IMG/VR virus record: IMGVR_UViG_3300011438_000005
Location: 1-47,403 of that record
Length of the DNA stretch: 47,403 nucleotides
Strand: one strand, 5' to 3'
Origin: a virus
This document shows, piece after piece, positions 21,520 through 30,200 of this stretch. Below the pieces are notes generated by a model. It did no database searches. It saw nothing but the letters and a program-made list of their open reading frames with translations, and was not told the DNA's origin. Position 1 is the first letter of the stretch, and every line of letters begins with the position of its first letter. The position numbers and the translations under genes are program-made.

Positions 21520-24177
21520 ATGCCCCAGCCCTTTCGACAGGAGTCGTTCGCCGGTGGGGAAATCTCCCCGCGCGCGCGAAGCCGCACCGCCCTCGCGAAG
21601 TACGGGGTCGGCCTGCGCCGGGCGCGCAACGTGATCCCGACCCCCGAGGGCGCGCTCCTCAACCGGCCTGGCACGAACCTCGTGCGGGAGGCGAAGGACT
21701 CGGCGGCCGCCGTCGACCGGCCGATCCGCCTCATCCCCTTCGTCTTCTCCGAGAGCCCCGGCCAGGCCTACCTCCTCGAGTTCGGGCACCTGTACGTCCG
21801 CTTCCACGTGGGGGGCGCCACGGTGGCTGACCCCATCCTCCCAGCGAACCCGTACGAGGTGGTGAGCCCCTACACCGCGGCAGACCTCGCGCGCCTGAAG
21901 TTCGCGCAGCAGGGCGACGTCCTCACCCTCGCCCGCGGCGGCTACGTCGAGCGCGAGCTCGTGCGCAACGGCCACACCGACTGGGCCTTCCGCACCCTCG
22001 ACTTCGACGTGCCGCTCCCCAGCGGGCCGGGCGTCTACCTCGACGTCTCGGTGCTCGACCTCGCCGCCGACGGGACCCACCCCGCGAAACAGTGGTCCTT
22101 CCGGTACACCGAGCTGTGGCGCGGCCAGGAGGGCGTCGAGTGGGAGACGGCGCCCTTCATCGTCGACTCGGTCGCGGTGCAGGATCAGGACCAGTGGCAC
22201 GCGAAGTTCACCTATCCGGTGGGCGCGAAGGCCTACAAGGCCGCGGTCCTGTACCGCTCGCTCCTCGCGGCTAACCTCAACCACGACCCTGCCGCGCTCG
22301 GGATCTGGTGGGTGGTCGACGGCCTCGCGCAGATCCCGCCCAACCTCTACACGAACCCGGCGCCCCAGGAGCTCGTCCTCTACCCCGATCGCATCGTCAA
22401 GCTCTTCGCTCCGGCCCAGTTCGGCCTCACCGTGAACGACGGCTCGTTCATGTTCGGGCGGGGCGTCTACCGCGGCCGCGGCGAGCTCTTCGGCTACGTC
22501 GGCGACATGCTGCTCGACCTCACCTTCAACGACCCCGGGGACCTCCCGGACATAGCCCGCACGCCACCCCAGGGACGCAACCCCTTCAAGGTCTTTGACG
22601 AGACGGGAGCGCTCGTGCGCACGGAGCACGCGAAGGTGGTCACCTTCGCCGACCAGCGCCGCGTGTTCTTCGACACCGACGAGCGGCCGGCCTTCGGCTT
22701 CTTCTCGAGGACCGGGGATTACGGCAACTTCGACCACCACCAGCCCAAGCTCGCCGACGACGCCTTCGAGCTCGAGCTCGCCGGCCGGCTGCGCGAGGAG
22801 ATCCGATGGGCGGTGGGGCTCGACCAGATCCTCGTCGGCACCCAGAGCTCGGTCTGGGCCATCCGGTCGACCCAGGGCTCGGTCGTCGGCCCGGGGGCGA
22901 TGGAGGCGAAGCTCCAGAGCGCCGCCGGCGCCTCGTGGCTCGACCCGATCCTCGTGCCCCCCGACGTCGTGCTCTACGTGCGCACGAAGGGCTGCGGCCT
23001 GCGCGATCTCGTCTACGACGACGGGCGCGGGAAGTTCGTGGGCTCCGACCTGGTCGTCCTCGCCCGCCACCTCTTCACGGGCTACTCGATCGTCGACGCC
23101 GCGTACGCCGAGGACCCCTTCTCGGTGATCTGGCTCGTGCGCTCCGACGGGAAGCTCCTGTCCCTCACCTACCAGCGGGAGCAGGAGGTCTGGGCCTGGG
23201 CCTGGCACGACACCGACGGCCTGGTCGAGAACGTGTGCACCCTCCCCGAGGGCACCGAGGACGCGGTCTATCTGTGCGTGAAGCGGCAGCAAGGGGACGG
23301 GACCTGGCACCGCTTCATCGAGCGCATGCGCTCGAGGACGATCCCGAGGACGAGGTCCGGCCGGGCCGACCCGCGCTTCGGTCTCTTCCTCGACTGCGCG
23401 ACCACGCTCGATCAGCGGCACGTCGGGCCGGTGGGCGACGTCACCGTGAACGAGATCGCGGGCGGTGGGTACGGCGAGGGCGCCTCGGTCGAGGTGGTGG
23501 CTCACTCATTCGCCTACGGGTCCACGATCGGGCCGGGCTGGGAGGTCGCGCTCGACCCCGAGGCCGACCTGCCGATCCGCCTCGCGGTCCTCGTCCGGGT
23601 GGACGCGACGCACCTCACTTGCGAGGTCCTGGTTCCGGTGCCCGTCGCTTTCCAGGCGACGGCGACGGTCAACTGGGCGATGCCCCGGCCCAACGCGGCA
23701 AGCCTCCAGCACCTCGAGGGCCGCACCGTGACCGCCCTCGTCGACGGGACGCCGGTGGATGGGCTCGTGGTCGTCGGCGGGGAAGTGGCCCTGCCGATGG
23801 CGGGAACGATCATCCACGCCGGCCTGCCCTTCGTCTCCGAGGCGGAGCTCCTGCCGCTCGTCGTCCAGGGGCGCGAGGCGCGCACGAAGGTCAAGAACGT
23901 GGCGCGCGTGGTCCTCGAGCTCGAGGAGTCCCTCGGGGTCGAGGTGGCGGAGCGCGTCGCGGACAGCCTCGGCGCGCCCACCCCGGACGCCGACTGGAAC
24001 CCCTGGGACCAGCGCGAGGTCGACGAGGTCTCGGGCCGGCCCCAGCTCTTCACGGGCGAGGTGGAGCTCACCGCGATCTCGACCTGGAACCGGGGAGGGA
24101 TCGCCGCGGTGCGGCAGCGCCAGCCCCTCCCCTTCACGCTGCTCGCGGCAACGAGGGAGGTCGACGTCGGTGGGTAG
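21520..24177 (+). CDS. Putative tail tubular protein B / nozzle (T7 gp12-like, 885 aa)
   Basis: Track ORF 20821..24177 trimmed to ATG 21520, 2 nt after the adaptor stop. The N-terminus FAGGEISPRARSRTALAKYGVGLRRARNVIPTPEGALLNRPGT follows the gp12-type pattern. Size is typical. Confidence 0.65.
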   Translation: MPQPFRQESFAGGEISPRARSRTALAKYGVGLRRARNVIPTPEGALLNRPGTNLVREAKDSAAAVDRPIRLIPFVFSESPGQAYLLEFGHLYVRFHVGGATVADPILPANPYEVVSPYTAADLARLKFAQQGDVLTLARGGYVERELVRNGHTDWAFRTLDFDVPLPSGPGVYLDVSVLDLAADGTHPAKQWSFRYTELWRGQEGVEWETAPFIVDSVAVQDQDQWHAKFTYPVGAKAYKAAVLYRSLLAANLNHDPAALGIWWVVDGLAQIPPNLYTNPAPQELVLYPDRIVKLFAPAQFGLTVNDGSFMFGRGVYRGRGELFGYVGDMLLDLTFNDPGDLPDIARTPPQGRNPFKVFDETGALVRTEHAKVVTFADQRRVFFDTDERPAFGFFSRTGDYGNFDHHQPKLADDAFELELAGRLREEIRWAVGLDQILVGTQSSVWAIRSTQGSVVGPGAMEAKLQSAAGASWLDPILVPPDVVLYVRTKGCGLRDLVYDDGRGKFVGSDLVVLARHLFTGYSIVDAAYAEDPFSVIWLVRSDGKLLSLTYQREQEVWAWAWHDTDGLVENVCTLPEGTEDAVYLCVKRQQGDGTWHRFIERMRSRTIPRTRSGRADPRFGLFLDCATTLDQRHVGPVGDVTVNEIAGGGYGEGASVEVVAHSFAYGSTIGPGWEVALDPEADLPIRLAVLVRVDATHLTCEVLVPVPVAFQATATVNWAMPRPNAASLQHLEGRTVTALVDGTPVDGLVVVGGEVALPMAGTIIHAGLPFVSEAELLPLVVQGREARTKVKNVARVVLELEESLGVEVAERVADSLGAPTPDADWNPWDQREVDEVSGRPQLFTGEVELTAISTWNRGGIAAVRQRQPLPFTLLAATREVDVGG

Positions 24178-24646
24178 GGTGACCTTCGAGCCTGCGCGTC
24201 TCCACCACGCCCTCGAGCTCGCGCCGCGGCTTCGCGCCGGCGACGCGGCCGAGGTGCGCGCGAGCGATGGCGTCGACGCCGAGGAGGCCCTGGTCGACTC
24301 CCTGCGGTGGACCGAGCGGCACGGCGGGGGAGCGTTCGCCGGGTTCCTCGACGGGGACCTGGCGGCGCTCTTCGGTGTCGCCCGGCGGAGCCTGATCTCG
24401 CCGGTGGGCGTGCCCTGGCTCCTCACCGGGGAGGTCGTCTCCCGCCACCCCTTCGCCTTCTTCCGCGCCTCGCGGGCGGTGGTGGCGACCTGGCTCGAAG
24501 ACTTCGAGGAGCTCGAGCAGAACGTCGACGCGAGGTACACCGAGGCCCTGCGCTGGGCGGCGCGCCTCGGCTTCATGGTGGGCCCGCCCAAGCCGTTCGG
24601 CGTGCACGGCCTACCCTTCCACCGGATCACGTTGCGGAGGAGCTGA
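24170..24646 (+). CDS. Putative internal virion protein A (T7 gp13 position, 158 aa)
   Basis: Track ORF 23759..24646 trimmed to GTG 24170, with a GGGAGG RBS 10 nt upstream (alternative GTG at 24179). The pattern GFLDGDLAALFGV ... VPWLLTGE ... EQNVDARYTEALRWAARLGF resembles gp13-like proteins. This is tentative. Confidence 0.5.
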   Translation: MGRVTFEPARLHHALELAPRLRAGDAAEVRASDGVDAEEALVDSLRWTERHGGGAFAGFLDGDLAALFGVARRSLISPVGVPWLLTGEVVSRHPFAFFRASRAVVATWLEDFEELEQNVDARYTEALRWAARLGFMVGPPKPFGVHGLPFHRITLRRS

Positions 24647-24810
24647 TGCCCAACGCCCAGGAGCGGAAGCTCAAGAAGGTGGCGAAGACCTTGCTCGGCA
24701 AGGGTGACCTGAAGCGCCTTCCGGGCGAGAGCGCCAAGGAGGCGATGGCCCGCTTCGTGTACGGCACGATGCGGAACCAGGGATGGAAGCCGAAGACGGA
24801 GAAGCGCTGA
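24646..24810 (+). CDS. Hypothetical small basic protein (54 aa)
   Basis: In the frame of track ORF 24307..24810. ATG 24646 shares one base with the upstream TGA, and a GGAGGAGC RBS is present. Confidence 0.55.
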   Translation: MPNAQERKLKKVAKTLLGKGDLKRLPGESAKEAMARFVYGTMRNQGWKPKTEKR

Positions 24811-25262
24811 TGTGCAGCCCTCTTGTGATCGGCGGCGTGCAGGCCTACGGCCAGATCCAGCAAGGCAACTATGAGGCCAAGGTCGAGAACCAGAACGCGC
24901 AATTTCTCGAGGGCGCCGCGGGCGTCGCGCAGCAGCGCGGCGGAAACGCGGCCGGCCTCCGCCGCATGAAGGGCTCCCAGGACATCGGCGAGGCGCGCGC
25001 CTCCGCCGGCGCCTCCGGCCTCGACGTGGGCTCCGGATCGGTCGTCGACATGATCGCCGACTCCCGCATGCTCTCCGAGCTCGACGCGCAGACCGAGACG
25101 AACAACGCCGCGCGCGAGGCCTGGGGGTACAAGGTCCAGGCCACCGAGGCGCGCGCCCGGGCGAAGCTCGCGAAGACGAAGTCGCGCTACAACGCCGCGG
25201 CGACGCTGCTCGGCGGGCTCGGGTCGACGGTCGAGCAGGGCGCGAAGATGGCGGGGGCCTGA
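24810..25262 (+). CDS. Putative internal virion protein (gp14 position, 150 aa)
   Basis: Track ORF 24783..25262 trimmed to ATG 24810, which shares one base with the upstream TGA. It has a hydrophobic N-terminus and is Gln/Ala/Gly-rich. Confidence 0.55.
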   Translation: MCSPLVIGGVQAYGQIQQGNYEAKVENQNAQFLEGAAGVAQQRGGNAAGLRRMKGSQDIGEARASAGASGLDVGSGSVVDMIADSRMLSELDAQTETNNAAREAWGYKVQATEARARAKLAKTKSRYNAAATLLGGLGSTVEQGAKMAGA

Positions 25263-25264
25263 GC

Positions 25265-27247
25265 ATGGCACCCCGACTCCGCCTCCAGACGCTCCCCGAG
25301 GTCGCCCCGATCCAGGGGCCCACGCCCCAGTACCACCTCGACGCTTCGGGCGCGTTCGGCGAGCAGCTCGTCCAGCAGGTCGGGCGCCTCGAGGGCGCGG
25401 CCGTGTCCGAAGGCCAGAAGCGCCTCGAGGAGCAGCGCGGCCGGGCGGACGTCGCCGCGATCGAGGAGGCCGAGGCGCGCTTCCAGCTCGACGTGAACGA
25501 CCGCATGTACGGGAAGGACGGCAAGGGCTTCCTCTCGCTCGAGGGCCACGACGCGCTCAAGGCCTCGACGACCACCTTCGACGAGATCCAGAAGCGCCGC
25601 GCCGAGATCGAGGGCACCCTCACCGATCGGCAGCGGACGGCCTTCCGGGCCCGGACGAACGGGACCCTCGTCGCCACCCAGCGCCAGCTCGAGGGCCACG
25701 TCGCCCAACAGGTCAAGGTGGTCGAGGGCCAGGCCTTCGCCTCGAGGCGCGCCGCGGCGCTCGACACGGTCGCGAACGGCTACCTCGACGCCGGCACGAT
25801 CGACCGGGAGCGGCAGAACCTCGAGCCGCTCGTGATGGCCGAGGCCAAGCGCCGGGGGCTCGAGGGCGCGGGCACCTACCCTCCGCCCGCCGATTCGGCG
25901 GCCGGGCAGGTCCTCCATGAGTGGCGGAACGACGTCGCGAAGACCGTGCTCGAGCGCCTCCTCGCCGACAAGGACGCCACGCGCGCCAAGGCCTTCCTGG
26001 CGCAGCCCAGCGCACCTGGCGGCGCGAGCGTCCGGGAAGCGCTCGGCCAGGAGGGCGCGAAGTACGAGGCCGCGATCGCCCACGTCTCCGAGCAGGTCGA
26101 GTCTTTCGACCGAGCAGCCTCCGCCGTCGAGGCGGCGCGGAACCCCTCGACCGGCAAGGTCGACGAGCGCTCGGCACGGAAGACGGTCGCCGATGCGCCG
26201 CCCGCCCTGCGCGCGACCACCCGGGCCCACCTCGAGCAGCTCCTCAACGGGGAGAGCGAGAGCTGGCGCGCCACGGTGGGCGACTGGTGGAACCAGGCGA
26301 AGACCGCCTACGAGGGCGGGCCGGACGGGAAGGCGCGGCGCGGCCTCCAGGCGATCCCCGGCAACGTCTCGAGCTGGCTCCGGGCGAACGCGCCCGACGC
26401 CTGGCGCAGCATGCAGGACTGGGCGAAGGCCGACATCGAGCACGCCCGCAGCGGCGCCTCCACGCCCGACCAGGAGGCCGCGTTCACCGAGCTCATGGTG
26501 AAGGCGATCGACAACCCCGACCAGTTCGTCACCCTCACCGGCCCCGAGATCGAGCAAAAGCACCTCTCGCGCGTCTCCCCGAAGGAGCGGCGCGCCCTGC
26601 TCGGCACGATCCTTCAGGCGAAGGCGCAGGCGCACCGGCCGGACGAGACCCTCCCGGCGAACGTCGTGAAGGAGATCCTCTCGAAGGGCCGGCCGGGCGG
26701 CGGCGGAGCGAGCCTCTTCCCCGCGAAGGGCGACGACCCCGGCCAGTGGCCCCCCGAGAAGAGCCAACTCTTCAACGTGATCTTTCGGGACCTCCTCGCC
26801 TACCAGGCGCAGGAGAAGGCGCGCACCGGGAAGGTGCCCGAGCTCGACGCCTTCTCGAAGAGGATCGACGGCTGGATGCAGCGCGGCACCGTGAAGGACA
26901 CCGGCGTCTTCTTCGACGACAAGGGCGTGCCTCGCGTGAAGGCCCTCACCTCGCCCGCCTATCAGGGCAAGGACTTCGAGGTGGACTCCCCGCCCGCGGC
27001 GCCGGTCCCGAACCCGAAGCGGGCGGAGTTCCGCGCGCTCCTGCGTGGCGACCGCAAGGCCGCGGTACCTGAGACCGAGGCCGTGCTCCAGTACCTCTGG
27101 GCGATCGACCCCACGAACCCGAAGGGGAACCCCCAGGCGCAGCCTCCGGCCGAGTTCTTCCAGACCTACGACCTCGACGAGCTCGACCTCCGCGCCGCGG
27201 GCGGCCGGGCCGGCGAGGCGTCGGTGCCGTACAACCGCGTGCCCTGA
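25265..27247 (+). CDS. Putative internal virion/core protein (gp15 position, 660 aa)
   Basis: Complete track ORF, largely helical in character. The call rests on position between the gp14-like and giant genes. Confidence 0.6.
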   Translation: MAPRLRLQTLPEVAPIQGPTPQYHLDASGAFGEQLVQQVGRLEGAAVSEGQKRLEEQRGRADVAAIEEAEARFQLDVNDRMYGKDGKGFLSLEGHDALKASTTTFDEIQKRRAEIEGTLTDRQRTAFRARTNGTLVATQRQLEGHVAQQVKVVEGQAFASRRAAALDTVANGYLDAGTIDRERQNLEPLVMAEAKRRGLEGAGTYPPPADSAAGQVLHEWRNDVAKTVLERLLADKDATRAKAFLAQPSAPGGASVREALGQEGAKYEAAIAHVSEQVESFDRAASAVEAARNPSTGKVDERSARKTVADAPPALRATTRAHLEQLLNGESESWRATVGDWWNQAKTAYEGGPDGKARRGLQAIPGNVSSWLRANAPDAWRSMQDWAKADIEHARSGASTPDQEAAFTELMVKAIDNPDQFVTLTGPEIEQKHLSRVSPKERRALLGTILQAKAQAHRPDETLPANVVKEILSKGRPGGGGASLFPAKGDDPGQWPPEKSQLFNVIFRDLLAYQAQEKARTGKVPELDAFSKRIDGWMQRGTVKDTGVFFDDKGVPRVKALTSPAYQGKDFEVDSPPAAPVPNPKRAEFRALLRGDRKAAVPETEAVLQYLWAIDPTNPKGNPQAQPPAEFFQTYDLDELDLRAAGGRAGEASVPYNRVP

Positions 27248-27253
27248 GCCCCC

Positions 27254-30200
27254 ATGCCCCTCACCCCCGCCGAAGCGATCGACGCCGCCCGCAAGGGCGA
27301 CCGCGCCGCGCTGGGCCTCGTGCGCGAGGAGCCCACGGTGCCAGTGGCGGCGCCGGCGGAGGAGCAGCCCATCGGACCGCCCGAGCCTCCGCGCGTGACG
27401 CCGGCGGAAGCCGTCGCCGGCGCCCGGGCGCGGGCCGGCCAGGAGCGGGACCTCGACGCGGGCTTCCAGGCCTGGAAGGCGACCCAGACCTCGCTCACCC
27501 CGGAGCGCGGGATCGACGTTGCGATGGTCGCGCGCGCCACGGGCAAGCCCTTCGACTTCGTCGCCGATCACCTCGACGAGCTCAAGAAGGGGGTCGACCA
27601 GGAGCGGCTCAAGAAGGGGATCCTCGAGTCGCCCACCCTCCAGCGCCTCATGCAGGACCCGCAGTCCGCCGCGGTGGTGAAGGACCGTCTCGACGACTTC
27701 TCCACCTGGGAGTGGATCTTCGGGCGCTGGACCCGCACGCCCACGAAGCGGTGGGACCCCCTCGCGAACGGCTACGCCTACGAGCTCAAGGGCCCGGAGA
27801 CGATGGCGGACGCCCCGGCCTGGGTGCAGGCGGCGCGCGGGGGCTGGGCGGAGAGCGTCCAGGTTCCGGCCCTCGCCGCGAAGGTCCTCGGCGGGCAGGG
27901 CACGCCCGAGGACGAGGCGGAGCTCGAGCGGCTCGACAAGGAGTACGGCGGCCGGACCTACGGCGCCCACAACCCGGCGACGCGCGCGCTCGTGGGCGCG
28001 CCGAAGATGCTGCCCTACATCGTGGGCTCCGCCCTCGCGCGGCTCGCCGGCGGGGCGGCCGCCGGCCTGGCGGGTGGCGGCGCCGGCGCCGCGGCGGGAG
28101 CTCCTGCGGCGGGAGTGGGCGCCGTACCTGGCGCGGCGGTCGGGGGGATCTCCGCGGCCGCGGTGGGCCAGTATGTCGCGGGCGCGGCCTTCGACTTCTT
28201 CGAGAACGTGGGCCCGCTGTACCTCCAGCTCCGCCGGATGAAGAACGCGGACGGCGATCCCCTCCTCTCCGACGAGGAGGCGAAGGGGTACGCCGTCTCG
28301 ACCTCGGCCGGCCTCTCGCTCCTCACCTCGGGGATCGGCGCGAAGGTCGCAACCTCGGTGCCCTGGCTCAAGGACGTCCTGAAGAAGCAGGCGGAGCGGG
28401 GCGCCCAGGCGGCCTTCGTCCACGCCGGCGGAGCCGAGGCGCTGAAGTACGCCACGATCCAGTACGGGAAACACGTCGCCTCCGGTGCCGCCCTCATGGC
28501 GACCCAGGCCGCGGGCAACGCCGCCACCGTCGAGCTCTCGCGCGCGCAGCACGGCGAGGCCGCGGACTGGTGGAACGTCGGGCGCGCTGCGCGCGACGGC
28601 GCGGTTACCGGCCTCCAGGACATGCTCCTCATCGCGGGGTGGACGCCAGCGCGGGAGTACCTGCGCGAGGTGGGGCTCACCGCCCAGATCCAGGCCGAGG
28701 GCCTGCGCTACGACGCCCTCATCGAGCAGGCCGGCAAGAGCAAGATCCTCGAGCACCCCGAGACCGGCGACCACGTGCTCGACCAAGTCGCGCTCGCGCA
28801 GGGCTCGCCCGTCATGCTGGCGGACCCCGCCGGGTGGGACGCCTACTGGACCGGGCGGAAGTTCAACCCGCGCGAGGTGGCGGGCGAGGTCGCCGGCGAC
28901 AGCGGCGCTCAGTACGACCGGGCGAAGGCCGGCCTCGACACCGACCTCAGCTTCCCCTTGCAGAAGTGGGCCTCGAAGTTCAAGGGGACCGAGCACCTCC
29001 TCGGGCTCCGCGATGACGTGAAGTTCACCGGGGAGACCCGGACCCGGCGCCAGCAGGCCGCATGGGCGAAGCAGCTCGAGGGCCTCCGGAAGGTGGCCGA
29101 GGGGGTCGGGAAGGACGAGCAGGTCGGCGAGCTCGACGGGATCGAGCATGCGAAGTACCTCGAGGTGCTCGCCGCGAAGCCGGAGCTCGGCGAGGCCCAC
29201 GCGCAAGCGGTGGCGCGGCTCTTCCGGGACTCGATCGCCTTCTTCGCCTCGAAAGCGCAGCTCACCCCCGCCCAGGTCGCCCAGCAGTTCCCGCTCCCCA
29301 TCCACGGCGAGGGCCCCGCCGGGCCGCGCGTCGCCACCCCGGCCCCGGAAGGGGTTCCCGTGCCAGAGGTCCAGGCAAGGCCGCAGGGCCCCGCGACACC
29401 GCCGGTGGGGCCCGTGGAGGCGCCAGGTCCCCGGAGGCCCGCAGAATGGCCGGCCGGTCGCGGGAAGGACCTTCCCGCGGAGACGCGAGCCCTCATCCTC
29501 GCCGCCTACCGAGGCGACCGCCGCGCGATCCTCCAGCTCAAGCGCGCCGCGTTCGTCGACGCCCTGGTGCCCCAGGTCGGCAACCAGCGGGCCCACGAGG
29601 AGTTTCTCCGCTCGAAGGGCTCCGAAGGGGGCGTCCACGTCGTGCTGGACATGCCCGGCCTGAAGGCCCGGAACGACCTGTACGGCCAGATCGCAGGGGA
29701 CCAGGCGCTCCAAGTCTTCGGCCGGGAGCTCGCCGAGGCCTCGAGGCCCCAGCGCGGCAAGGCCCACCGCATGAGCACGGGCGATGAATTCTATGGACAT
29801 TTCGACACCGCGGCCCAGGCCGACGCCTTCCTCGAGGACTTCAAGGGCCGCCTCGCCGGCCCGGCCGGGAAGCTCCGGGAGAAGGACCAGCTCTCGCTCT
29901 ACGCCGGCGTGGGCGCCACCAAGGAGGCCGCGGTCGCCGAGCTCGTGAAGGCGAAGGGCGCGGCGAAGGCGAAGTACGGCGACTCTCGCGCGGGCGGCGC
30001 GCTCGGGCACGGGGAGTCCTTCGTCTCGAGGGACGAGCTCGCGGTGGTGGCGCCCCCCTCCGCCGTCTCGCCGGCGCCGGCGAAGGACGTGGGCAAGGCG
30101 GCGGAGCGGGCGTTCTCCTTCCTGCGCTCCGGGAAGGGCGGCGCCGAGCTCGCCGACCTGGTGCGGGCCGCGAAGGAGGCCTCGGCCGCGGGCGGCAAGG

